Assembly: GCA_036170915.1 (NCBI GenBank)
Contig: JAVHQC010000011.1
Location: 64,001-128,000 of the forward strand
DNA from: Cyanobacteria bacterium auto_48_18
GTDB lineage: Bacteria > Cyanobacteriota > Vampirovibrionia > Obscuribacterales > Obscuribacteraceae
DNA: 64,000 bases
Direction of reading: 5' to 3'
Under the pieces are notes generated by a model. The model saw only the letters and a list, made by a program, of their open reading frames with translations. It did not search any database and had not been told where the DNA came from. This document shows positions 53,155 through 62,953 of the stretch, in pieces (position 1 is the stretch's first letter; each line of letters opens with the position of its first letter). A program made the position numbers and the translations under genes.

Positions 53155-54104
53155 TGCCGATGAAAACTCGTTTCGCACTGGCTCTCTTTCTTGCGGTGAT
53201 TATCCTGGTGGCGCCGCTGCCGGTGGTGGCGCGGAAGACGCCTGATTTGATGGGTAAAACAGTAGTGATTACCGGTGCTTCTAGTGGCTTCGGTAAAGGT
53301 GTGGCACGAAGATTGGCAGCTGCTGGTGCTAATGTTGTTCTTGCTGCCAGAAGAGCCGATTTGCTTAATTCACTGGCCACTGAATGTGGTGCTCGTGCTC
53401 TGGCAGTTCCGGCTGATGTTACTAGTGAGGCAGCTGTAGAAAACTTGAGTGCTGTTGCCATAAAGCAATTTGGCGGCATCGATGTTTGGATCAACAATGC
53501 TGGTGTAGGAGCCGTAGGACGCTTCACTGACATACCATTGGCAGACCACAATGAAATCGTTGAGACCAATTTAGTCGGCACCATCAATGGCAGTTATTTT
53601 GCCTTGCGTCATTTTAAGCACAAAGGTCGCGGCACACTTATCAACATTGCATCAATTTCGGGAAAAGCGGCAACTGGATTCTATGCCTCGTACAGTGCCG
53701 CTAAATTTGGTGTATGTGGCCTGGGCAGAGCGCTCAGAGCAGAGCTACACGCTGATGGTGTCAAAGACATTCATATCTGTACGGTGATGCCAATGCCGGC
53801 GAATACACCTTTCTGGAAGCATGCTGCCAATTATACTGGTCATGAACTTAAGCCTTACCCGGTGTGTGCTGCAGAAAAAGTCGTCGATGTAATAGTGGCA
53901 CTGGTAGACAAGCCGCAAGACGAAGTTGCCGTTGGTGACACTACTAAAAAAGCTTTTGCTGCCCTTAAATTTGCGCCCACATTTACAGAAAATAAAATGG
54001 CCGAAATCATTCGCAAGCATCAAATGGAAAGAAGTGCGCTTGCTGCGCCTACATCTGGCTCGTTATTCAAACCCATGGATGCCGGCACTGAAGTTTCAGA
54101 GTGA
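53154..54104 (+). CDS. SDR family oxidoreductase
   Basis: TGASSGFG, NNAG, S, YSAAK. Confidence 0.92.
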   Translation: MPMKTRFALALFLAVIILVAPLPVVARKTPDLMGKTVVITGASSGFGKGVARRLAAAGANVVLAARRADLLNSLATECGARALAVPADVTSEAAVENLSAVAIKQFGGIDVWINNAGVGAVGRFTDIPLADHNEIVETNLVGTINGSYFALRHFKHKGRGTLINIASISGKAATGFYASYSAAKFGVCGLGRALRAELHADGVKDIHICTVMPMPANTPFWKHAANYTGHELKPYPVCAAEKVVDVIVALVDKPQDEVAVGDTTKKAFAALKFAPTFTENKMAEIIRKHQMERSALAAPTSGSLFKPMDAGTEVSE

Positions 54105-54115
54105 GGACATAAAGA

Positions 54116-54979
54116 TCAAATTTTGCCGGCTCTGCCGACTAGATTGGTGGCTTTAATTCGCTCGCATATTGCTGCAAAATCGTCAGTTGGCCCTGGCCAG
54201 CGTAGTTCGTCGATAGAATCGAACACAGGTACATCAAGTCTCAATGTAGCCAATTGACGAAAGAGCAAGGCATCATCCCATTGGTCAAAAAGGGTCTTAG
54301 ACAATTTTGCCGCGCCTCTTAGAGACGATGGCCATTTAGTTAGCTCATGGGGAATGTCTTCAAAATGTGGAAACTTTGAAAGCACAGCAGCCGCCCCTTT
54401 GGCACCCCAACCAGGCAAGCCGGGATAACCGTCTGCGGTATCACCCACTAGAGCCAAATAGTCAGGAATTGATTGAGGTGCCACACCAAATTTTTCGATC
54501 ACGCCGGCTTCGTCGCGAATAGTGTCACGTCGCCTGTCCATTTGCACCACGCGGGTGCCCACCACTGACTGACTGAGGTCTTTGTCTGGCGTACAAATTA
54601 TCACTCTATCAACGCTTTTGTTCGCTGCAGCTTTTGCAGCAGCTGCCGCCAGGGCATCGTCAGCTTCAAATTCCACCATGGGCCAGACTAGAACTCCAAG
54701 ACCAGTGAGCGCATCTTCTAAAATTGGAAACTGCGACATCAACTCTGGTGGTACACCAGCACTGGTTTTGTATCCGGCATAGAGGTCGTTGCGAAAAGAC
54801 TCAACTACATGATCAGTAGCAACGCCAATGTGAGTGACGCCTTTTTCGAGCATCGGCAAAAGCGAATTAAGTACTCCGCGCACGGCGCCAATTTCTTCAC
54901 CGGCAGAATTGCTGGCTTCAGGCACGGCAAAATAATGACGGAAAAGTTCGTAAGTGCCGTCAATTAAATAGACTTCCAA
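54116..54979 (-). CDS. Stand-alone 5'-3' exonuclease / flap endonuclease
   Basis: LIDG, FRNDLY.GYK, FEADD, DKDL.Q, LVGDTADGYPGLPGWGAK. Confidence 0.9.
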   Translation of the reverse strand: MEVYLIDGTYELFRHYFAVPEASNSAGEEIGAVRGVLNSLLPMLEKGVTHIGVATDHVVESFRNDLYAGYKTSAGVPPELMSQFPILEDALTGLGVLVWPMVEFEADDALAAAAAKAAANKSVDRVIICTPDKDLSQSVVGTRVVQMDRRRDTIRDEAGVIEKFGVAPQSIPDYLALVGDTADGYPGLPGWGAKGAAAVLSKFPHFEDIPHELTKWPSSLRGAAKLSKTLFDQWDDALLFRQLATLRLDVPVFDSIDELRWPGPTDDFAAICERIKATNLVGRAGKI

Positions 54980-55072
54980 AGTAAATCTCTCAGCGCGGCA
55001 GATCAGAATAGTAAAGTTCAGAATAGTTGTGGCAATAATGGCTGAATCAGTTAGCTAAGCTTAATTAAGCTC

Positions 55073-55540
55073 TTAACGACGCCAGAGCTGCCACCAGTGG
55101 CGTTTTTTCGACTTTTCCGCAGCTGCTTCCATAGTAGATTCGTCTGTTAATTCAACAGGCACGTTAGAAAGTTGCTGAAAATTGACCACAGTGTCGGCCC
55201 GCCTCGAGCTGACATTGTCGGCAGTTATTTCAAGATGATAGCGACCAGGCATGAGCTGAAACCGCGGAGTATGAAATGTAGTCTCATGCCCTTTCACATC
55301 GAAAGCTTTGACCGTCAAGTTGTGAAATGGTTTGTCGGTGGCGATATTGACGTCGCCTACATAATAAGTGCCTGCTGCCCAAACCACACCACTACCGAGC
55401 AAACCGAGCACTGGTATAGAAGTTGCCATCAGCGCCAATGTGTCTTTGGCAGTGGCAATTTTGTTGGCCCTGCTTGGCGTAACTACAGCAGGGGACAGCG
55501 TCTCTGTGGATTGTTTAACAGCGTTCATTTTCCACTCCAA
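55073..55540 (-). CDS. Hypothetical membrane-anchored protein
   Basis: One TM, beta-rich domain (LMPGRYHLEI), C-terminal KRHWWQLW. Confidence 0.6.
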   Translation of the reverse strand: MEWKMNAVKQSTETLSPAVVTPSRANKIATAKDTLALMATSIPVLGLLGSGVVWAAGTYYVGDVNIATDKPFHNLTVKAFDVKGHETTFHTPRFQLMPGRYHLEITADNVSSRRADTVVNFQQLSNVPVELTDESTMEAAAEKSKKRHWWQLWRR

Positions 55541-55695
55541 AGTGGACTAGGATGTAAGTAGTTTACTGCTGGCTGGTCGGCTCAGCCTTAGATAAGACTT
55601 ATTCAGCCGTAACACTTATCTAAAAGTTACTAGTTTGCTATCTTTGGTTGAGCGTTTGCAGTGACACCGTGCGTAATACCATAGCTATTTTTGCA

Positions 55696-56379
55696 TTAGT
55701 GATACTGTTGAATTTGTGATGTGAAACCTTCGAGGCTTGATGAAGGACCCCCGTTGTATAGTACGTTGCCTGAGCCGTCTAAGAAAACCACTCTCGGAAT
55801 ACCGGTAACCGAATACTTTGCTGACAGTTCACCATTAGAACTGTTGTCTACATCTACTTTCTCAAAAGATACATCGGAAAATTTAGACTTGGTTGCGTCA
55901 AACACGGGCGCAAATTTTCTACATGGTGCTCACCGCTCCGCCCAGAATTCAATCACTTTCTTCACTTTGCCCATAGCAAGTTTCTGACCACCACCCGACG
56001 CTGCTGGCGCAACTGCCGCTTGCGAGCTACTGCTTGAAGATGAGTTACCTCCTGAACCGGTCAAGCGCGCTGATGAAAGTTGAGCTAAGCCGGTGGCGGC
56101 TTTAGCAGACAGATTGGCATCTCTGCTGTCTACGACCCATTTGTATTCTAGTTTTGCCTGGTCTATGCGACCAAGGGCCTGTTGGCAGAGCGCGACATAA
56201 TAGTGCACCAGAGCATTATTGGGATAACTGACCTTGAAAGCTTGAAACTCACTCAAAGCGAGGGCATATTTGCCGTTGGCATAGTCAGCCATAGCCTGCT
56301 GGAACGACGGCGCTGCCTGCACTACCGAACTTATTGAGATTGTGCAAGCTAATAGCAAACCTACTGGTAAAAATCGCAT
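55696..56379 (-). CDS. Secreted TPR + thioredoxin fusion with in-frame TGA at the catalytic position (U-A-P-C); candidate selenoprotein
   Basis: ORFs 55930..56397 and 55696..55905 are in the same frame; readthrough gives KVIEFWAER-U-APCRKFAPVFD...VDVD...YSVTGIPRVVFLD; GGAGG SD before ATG 56379. Confidence 0.8.
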
Positions 56380-56504
56380 AAAACCTCCGACATCCACAAT
56401 CGCTAGTTTCTTATACCCTCATAGCAGCCTCAGTCGATGCACTGTCTACCTGGTGTGATAGTCTTTTGCACATTAACACTCCGTTGGCTTTACAGGGATT
56501 ATTG

Positions 56505-58574
56505 ATGAAAAGAGCTGCTGCCTTCATTCTCTCACTTGTGTCTTGCGCCAATGTTAGCGCTGTTTCTGCTCTGACTGCAAAGGCGGCCAGCACAGCAAGC
56601 GAGAAAGAGCCAATTATCCCCCGATTTTCAGCCGCATACATGGACAAATCGGTTAAACCTGCTGACGATTTTTATCTTTTTGCCAACGGCAATTGGGTCA
56701 AAAATAACCCGGTACCGGCTGATAAAGCCCGCTGGGGTAGCTTTAGCGAACTGGCTGAACGCAATAACTATTTGATTCACGGCCTGCTTGAGAGTGCCAG
56801 TGCCGATGTTGCCAAAAACCAACCCGGAACCCCTCGAAGACAGGTAGGTGACTTTTTTAAAGCCGGTATGAACACTGCTGTATTGGAAAAACGCCGTTTC
56901 GCACCAATTCAAAAAGATCTTGATCGTATTGCTGCTCTCACATCTTACGACCAGATGTTTCGGTTGCTGGCAGATTTTCACAAAGAAGGCGGCGGCGGTG
57001 TTTTCTATAGCACCGTAGATCCTGACGCCAAAGATAGCGGTATTTACGCCTTTCAATTAATGCAAGGTGGGCTCAGCTTGCCTGATCGTGATTATTATTT
57101 GCAAGACAGTTTTTCAGTTCAGCGCAAAGCTTATATCGAGCATCTAAAAAAAATGTTTGAGTTGGCCGGTGACAGTTCAGAGCAAGCGGCAAAGAATGCT
57201 GACACCGTCTTCAATCTAGAGAAGGAACTGGCCCAAGCCAGTCGCTCAAGAGTCGATTTGCGTGACCCAATTAAAAATTACAACAAAGTCAAAACCGCAG
57301 AACTAATCGAAGTCAATTCAGTTCTTCCCTGGCAAGTTTACCTCGACGAGCGTGGTCTCAAAGATATTCCGTATGCGGTGGTGGGCCAACCTGACTTTTT
57401 TGCTGCTCTTGATAAAACGCTTAAGTCTCATCCATTAGATCAATGGAAGACATATTTGCGCTGGCATTTATTGCATGAGGCGGCACCATATTTACATGAT
57501 GCAGTAGAAACTGAGAACTTTAATTTCTTTGGCAAAACCCTAAGTGGCCAGGAAGTGCAAGAACCGCGCTGGAAGCGTGTTGCCAAAGTCATCGATCGTT
57601 CAGTTGGCGAGGCCTTAGGCCAGCTTTATGTAGAAAAATATTTCACTGCTGCTGCCCGCAAAACCATGGCCGAATTGGTCACTAACTTGCGCGAAGTATT
57701 TACCGACCATTTGCAAAAGCTAGATTGGATGAGCGATGTTACGCGCAAAAAAGCCATGGCCAAATTTGAAAAATTTGTGCAGAAAATTGGTCACCCTGAT
57801 AAGTTTCGCGACTACTCCAAAATCACCATTGAAGCTGACGACTATCTGGGAAATGCCCAGAGAGCAGATGCTTTTGAGGTAGCCAGGCAAGTTGCTCGCA
57901 TTGGCAAACCGGTAGACAAAAGCGAATGGGGTATGACTCCACCCACGGTGAATGCATATTTCAATCCGACCATGAATGAAATTGTATTTCCAGCCGGCAT
58001 TTTGCAGCCGCCATTTTTCGATGTTGATATGGATGATGCCGTAAATTATGGTGGCATTGGTGCCGTCATTGGTCATGAAATTACGCATGGTTATGATGAT
58101 GAGGGCAGGCATTATGATGCTGACGGTAATTTGAATGAGTGGTGGACTGAAGCCGATACGAAAGAATTTGATAGCCGTGCTCAGAAAGTTGTAGACGAAT
58201 ACAACTCATTTGAAGCCTTGCCTGGTTTGCATGTGAATGGCAAGCTGACTTTAGGCGAAAATATCGCCGACCTGGGTGGTGTCAGTATTGGCTACGACGC
58301 TCTGCAAAGAGCAATGAAGAAAGACCCGTCTAAACGCAAGAATATTGATGGCTTTACGCCTGAGCAGCGTTTCTTTCTTTCTTTTGCACAACTCTGGCGC
58401 ATGAATATTCGCGAAGCTGAGCAGCGTCGCTTAATCACTGTAGATCCTCACTCACCAGGCAAATTCCGCTCGGTGGGGCCGCTCATGAACTTCCAAGAAT
58501 TTTATGACGCTTTTGATATTAAGTCGGGTGCCAAAATGTGGCGTGAACCTGAGAAGCGCGCCAAAATCTGGTAG
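56505..58574 (+). CDS. M13 family (neprilysin/PepO-like) metallopeptidase, exported
   Basis: DDFY.FANGNW, VNAYFNP..NEIVFPAGILQPPFF, HEITH, GENIAD, DPHSP. Confidence 0.95.
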   Translation: MKRAAAFILSLVSCANVSAVSALTAKAASTASEKEPIIPRFSAAYMDKSVKPADDFYLFANGNWVKNNPVPADKARWGSFSELAERNNYLIHGLLESASADVAKNQPGTPRRQVGDFFKAGMNTAVLEKRRFAPIQKDLDRIAALTSYDQMFRLLADFHKEGGGGVFYSTVDPDAKDSGIYAFQLMQGGLSLPDRDYYLQDSFSVQRKAYIEHLKKMFELAGDSSEQAAKNADTVFNLEKELAQASRSRVDLRDPIKNYNKVKTAELIEVNSVLPWQVYLDERGLKDIPYAVVGQPDFFAALDKTLKSHPLDQWKTYLRWHLLHEAAPYLHDAVETENFNFFGKTLSGQEVQEPRWKRVAKVIDRSVGEALGQLYVEKYFTAAARKTMAELVTNLREVFTDHLQKLDWMSDVTRKKAMAKFEKFVQKIGHPDKFRDYSKITIEADDYLGNAQRADAFEVARQVARIGKPVDKSEWGMTPPTVNAYFNPTMNEIVFPAGILQPPFFDVDMDDAVNYGGIGAVIGHEITHGYDDEGRHYDADGNLNEWWTEADTKEFDSRAQKVVDEYNSFEALPGLHVNGKLTLGENIADLGGVSIGYDALQRAMKKDPSKRKNIDGFTPEQRFFLSFAQLWRMNIREAEQRRLITVDPHSPGKFRSVGPLMNFQEFYDAFDIKSGAKMWREPEKRAKIW

Positions 58575-58628
58575 GTCATTTGTCAACAGCAATTGAATAT
58601 GGGTGCACAAAAACAGGCTGCAACAAAA

Positions 58629-58654
58629 CAGGGTGACTGTTGAGCCACCCTGTA
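58629..58654. terminator. Hairpin between convergent M13 peptidase and ferredoxin genes
   Basis: ACAGGGTG-N10-CACCCTGT; second hairpin CAGTGG-AAA-CCACTG followed by a T run near 58680-58700. Confidence 0.5.
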
Positions 58655-58711
58655 AAGCATTTCTGGTAAGCGCCGCTTTCAGTGGAAACCACTGTTTTTT
58701 AGGCGTTTTGA

Positions 58712-58936
58712 CTACGGTTTTTGCAGTTCAGGCTGCCAGTCATCAAGAATCGCACCTTCTACAGGGCAAGCTGATAAGCAAGCGCCGCAGTCGATACAGG
58801 TGCTGTCATCGATGTATGGATACTTAGTGCCTTTGGCGTTTGTCTTGCCGTCAGCCCAGTGAATGCATTCGACGGGACATACTGGGACGCAGTCGCCTAC
58901 GCCTTCACAGATATCACTTACGATGGTATAGGACAT
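58712..58936 (-). CDS. Dicluster ferredoxin
   Basis: CEGVGDCVPVCP and CIDCGACLSACP; AAGGAG SD. Confidence 0.93.
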   Translation of the reverse strand: MSYTIVSDICEGVGDCVPVCPVECIHWADGKTNAKGTKYPYIDDSTCIDCGACLSACPVEGAILDDWQPELQKP

Positions 58937-59596
58937 TATTCGCTCTCCTTGTTGTGGCTATCAGAGATAAGTTTTCGCTGAAGCCTCATACTTTCTCTTC
59001 CCAATTATGACTCATGCTAATACGACTGGTGCCCAAATGTAATTGGTAAAAAAAAGTTTGGACATATAATCGATTTCTCAGTTCTCAAATTTGATTTTCG
59101 CACAAATCGGAGCCAATACAAGCTCCTCGAAGACAGTGACATAGTTGATGTTGAGGCAACTTGAAATTGGATGGCCATTGTTATTGCTAGCCAGTGTCAA
59201 AATTGCTAAGACCGTCAAGAAGCATGGGAATGGTTCTCAATAAGGGTATGGTTTATTACTCTCGAAAGCTCAATCGTGATTATCCGCAAGTTCCGAATGG
59301 CAGTCTGTGCTGTAGTTTGCGGCGATTGCATTCGGTCTACCTTGCGATGACAATTGAATTGCATCGACGGCATCTGCGAATAGCTGCCAATAGTTTCAAA
59401 TTTTTCAGTACTTTGTCATGCACATGATCTTTTAGCTAATAATCACTGTGCAATGAAGACCGCTGCTGTGTGGGCTTATGGGTGAATTTGTCAGAGTCAC
59501 TTTTTTTGTGATCGCGAAAGTTTGCAAAAACTGTCAAAAAAATAAATGCAAATTGTGGTGGAGAAGCAGTCAAAATCTGCGTATTTGATCACAATT

Positions 59597-61117
59597 TTAT
59601 TTTTGACTGACCTTAATATTCACTGCTTGCGTTGCAAACAAAGAACCAATGACAAGGGTGACAATGCTGCCCAGCATGATGCGCCACGGAAATGCTACTT
59701 GCGGCAGGCATGCCACCACCAGAGCACCAGCAACCATGGCCAGGCAGTTGCCGTTGTCATTGCCGCGTTTGGTCAGCAAACCTAAGAGAAAGACTCCCAG
59801 AAGTGAGCCGTATGTATATCCAAAAATGGTTAGTACGATGGGAATGATTCGAGAGTCGGGATGCTCGATGACAAAATAGGCGGTGCCACCGGCCACAACG
59901 ATCATCAAAAATGCAAAGACAAAAGTCAACTTGCGCGCTTCAGTTACGGTTTGCTGTTTCGAAAAATCTCTGGTCGCACTGGTTGCCAGTGCATTGAGAG
60001 CCGCACTGAGCGAGCCCATTGCAGTGGCAAAAATTCCAGCAACGAGCAAACCCCGAAGGCCAACCGGCATTTTTGTAAGAATAAAGTAGGCAAAAATCTC
60101 ACTGTTCTTTTGCGGCAGGCCGGCGTCAGGTTGTTGCAGATAGAAGAGGTGAATCAAAATGCCGATGGTGAGAAAAATAAAGCCGATGGGTAAGTCGGCC
60201 AGGCCTGAAAGCACCAGCGACAGTCTGCTCTTCTTATAATCAGAGGCGGTAAGCATGCGCTGCACCATGTCTTGATCGGTGCCGTGGGTGGCCAGAGTGG
60301 TGAAGGTCGACCCAATGAGCGCCGCCCAGATTGTATATTCTGAGCCCAGTACTGCTTTTATATTTTGCCAGAGTGAGGCATTATCAGTGGTGCCACTGAT
60401 AAAAATTGGCATGTCAGTGTGGCCGTAGAATTGCTGCACTGAGGCGAATCCCTCAGGCATAATGAACACGAGCACTGCTATGGCACCAAGGGCGCCACCG
60501 AGCATTACGGTTGCTTGAATGCAGTCTGTCCAGACCACTGCTTTGATGCCACCACTTGATGTATAAACGGCGGTAATTATGGTAATCACTACAATGGCTG
60601 CAAGATACACCGTTAGTTGCTCACCAGCGCTCAGTTGCGCGCCGCTTATGAGGGCAAAGCCCACGGCTAAAATTATGGCTGAAACATAAAGCCGTGCACC
60701 TGAAGCAAGCACACGAGTAATGAGAAAAACAGCCGACGCCAACAGCCTGGTTTTTCTACCAAAGCGTACTTCGAGATATTCATATATAGAGAATACGTTG
60801 TGATCGAAAAAGGGCTTGATAAAGACGAAAGCAACGATGACGCGCCCAATAACAGTGCCGATTAAAATTTGCAAGTAAGTGTAATTGACAAGTTTAAAGC
60901 CCTCGCCGGGCGTGCCGAGAAATGTGGCAGCGCTGGTCTCTGCTGCAATAATCGAGGCCAGTACAGCAGGCCAGGGCATTGATCGCCCACCCAGGGAAAA
61001 ATCAGAAAGATTGTCTTCTTTGCGGCCAAATTTGAGGCCGACAACAATAATCAGGACAAAATACAAGAATACGATGGCAAGGTCTAAAGCAAAAAATGCA
61101 TCGAGCCTCATGGTCAC
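59597..61117 (-). CDS. Sodium:solute symporter (SSS family)
   Basis: SIIAAETSAATFLGTPG, SIYEYLE.RFG, GGIKAVVWTD.IQ, DQDMVQR. Confidence 0.93.
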   Translation of the reverse strand: MTMRLDAFFALDLAIVFLYFVLIIVVGLKFGRKEDNLSDFSLGGRSMPWPAVLASIIAAETSAATFLGTPGEGFKLVNYTYLQILIGTVIGRVIVAFVFIKPFFDHNVFSIYEYLEVRFGRKTRLLASAVFLITRVLASGARLYVSAIILAVGFALISGAQLSAGEQLTVYLAAIVVITIITAVYTSSGGIKAVVWTDCIQATVMLGGALGAIAVLVFIMPEGFASVQQFYGHTDMPIFISGTTDNASLWQNIKAVLGSEYTIWAALIGSTFTTLATHGTDQDMVQRMLTASDYKKSRLSLVLSGLADLPIGFIFLTIGILIHLFYLQQPDAGLPQKNSEIFAYFILTKMPVGLRGLLVAGIFATAMGSLSAALNALATSATRDFSKQQTVTEARKLTFVFAFLMIVVAGGTAYFVIEHPDSRIIPIVLTIFGYTYGSLLGVFLLGLLTKRGNDNGNCLAMVAGALVVACLPQVAFPWRIMLGSIVTLVIGSLFATQAVNIKVSQK

Positions 61118-61123
61118 TTCTAC

Positions 61124-62836
61124 TTATTTGGCTTTGACAAACTCTTTAAATTGTTCAACCGGCAGGGTATTTAGAACATCGGCTTTTGTAATGCCGGCAC
61201 GACGAGCTAAGTGTATGCCAAATTTTAAATTTTGCAACTCAGATATGGCATGGGCGTCAGTGGAAATGACAAATTTCAGCCCACGCTCTTTGGCCAGCTT
61301 CGACCAGCGAGGCTCTAAGTCGAGGCGATGAGGGTCTCCATTGATTTCAATAGCCAGTCGTGCGTGAGCTATTGCATCGAGCAATTTTTCTACATCTACA
61401 GGAACGGGATCGCGCCTCAACACCAGTCGCCCTAGTGGGTGGCCCCAGACTTTGAAATGCTTGTCTTTCAAACCTCGCAAAAGTCGCTTTGTCATTTGCT
61501 CTTCGTTTTGCTTATATCGAGAATGGATGCTGGCCACGATAATGTCAAATTTGTCTAAAATATGATCAGGATAATCAAGTTTCCCGTCGGCGAGGATATC
61601 GCATTCGGTGCCTTTGAGAATGCGAATTTTTACCAGATCTTGTACGCGATCAATTTCTTCCCACTGTTCCTTTAAGCGCTCTATGTCAAGCCCGCCGGCG
61701 TAGTGAGCGGTGGGCGAATGGTCGGTCAATGTGATGTATTTCATTCCCATTTTCTCAGCCGCCCGGGCCATTTGTTCAATAGAATGTCTGCCATCTGAAA
61801 AAGTACTGTGGCAGTGGGTCATGCCTTGAATGTGGCCAATTTCAATCAGGTCGGAGAATGCCCCGCTTTTAGCAAGGGCAATTTCGTCTTCACCTTCCCT
61901 TAGTTCGGGCGGAATCAGAGGCAATTTTAAAGCGCGGTAAAAATCAGCTTCTGATTTAACTTCAATTGTCTGGCTGTTTTTTTTGAAAATACCGGCACCC
62001 AGTGTCAAATTTTGTTTTTCGGCAATTTTTTGCAATTGTTGATAATGCTCTTTTGAACCGGTGTGTTCAATCAGGCCCAGCGCCAGATTGTCTGTTAAGT
62101 GCATCTCAGCGGTAACACCCAGCGACAGATTGACGCGCATATAGGCATCATCTTTTGCATCAACTTTAGTCACCTGAGGAAATTTTTTAAAGGCATCAAA
62201 AGCAGCTTTGTGACTTGAATTGGTACTTTCAACCACCAGACAAATAGTATCTGTGGTTTCGTGCCATCTTCGCGCTTCTCCTGCCATAACAATGCGTTCA
62301 GATTTCAGTGCTGCTTTCATAAAACTGACTAGTTCTTCGGCTGCCGCCAGCACATCGACTAAGAGTGTTTGCTTGTCAGCGGTTTTGCTAGCATCAATAG
62401 CTTTTAAAAGTGCTTTTTCTGTACGCAAACCAAAGCCTTTAATTTCGCGCACCCTGCCTTCATGGCAAGCCTGTTCGAGTTGGTCTAAGGTTTTGATACC
62501 AAGCTCGTTATGCAAAATTTCGATGCGTTTTAAAGTGAGACCTTCTACTCGCGAAAGTTCGAGCACACCTTGTGGCAATTGTTCGCGCAAAGCTGACAAC
62601 AGCTTGGTCTCGCCGGTATTGTAGAGTTCAATTATATAGGCTGCCAGTGAAGCGCCGATGCCGGGCAACTCTGTTAGCCTCTCTTCTTCAATTAAAAGCC
62701 TGATGTCTAGTTGCGCACTCTCTAAAGCTCGGGCACCAGATAAGTATGCACGCGCTTTGAATGCATTTTCACCTTTGAGACTCAGCAGCGTGCCGGTTTC
62801 TCTCAATGCATTGGCTATGGCAAATTTGTCGTGCAT
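61124..62836 (-). CDS. polX: Family X DNA polymerase-PHP protein with altered polymerase site
   Basis: GENAFKARAY, HhH LPGIG/IKGFG, PPELREG; PHP HCHS, DHS, HP, D.H; start refined to ATG 62836. Confidence 0.92.
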   Translation of the reverse strand: MHDKFAIANALRETGTLLSLKGENAFKARAYLSGARALESAQLDIRLLIEEERLTELPGIGASLAAYIIELYNTGETKLLSALREQLPQGVLELSRVEGLTLKRIEILHNELGIKTLDQLEQACHEGRVREIKGFGLRTEKALLKAIDASKTADKQTLLVDVLAAAEELVSFMKAALKSERIVMAGEARRWHETTDTICLVVESTNSSHKAAFDAFKKFPQVTKVDAKDDAYMRVNLSLGVTAEMHLTDNLALGLIEHTGSKEHYQQLQKIAEKQNLTLGAGIFKKNSQTIEVKSEADFYRALKLPLIPPELREGEDEIALAKSGAFSDLIEIGHIQGMTHCHSTFSDGRHSIEQMARAAEKMGMKYITLTDHSPTAHYAGGLDIERLKEQWEEIDRVQDLVKIRILKGTECDILADGKLDYPDHILDKFDIIVASIHSRYKQNEEQMTKRLLRGLKDKHFKVWGHPLGRLVLRRDPVPVDVEKLLDAIAHARLAIEINGDPHRLDLEPRWSKLAKERGLKFVISTDAHAISELQNLKFGIHLARRAGITKADVLNTLPVEQFKEFVKAK

Positions 62837-62953
62837 AGTTTCCACTGAAAGCCTACATATAGATATATCGTCAAAATATAAAGGCAAGACCGGCGATTGG
62901 TCCGGAAGTTCCTCAATTTTGCCCAAGGGCTCCATTTAGGGCATAATTTAGTG

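Noticed and set aside
55696..55905. Separate 69-aa ORF and 155-aa ORF as independent genes
   Set aside because: The small ORF is a thioredoxin lacking its active site and is in frame with the upstream ORF across one TGA
59194..59427. 77-aa ORF in the ferredoxin upstream gap
   Set aside because: No SD, no recognisable motif, composition unlike a real protein
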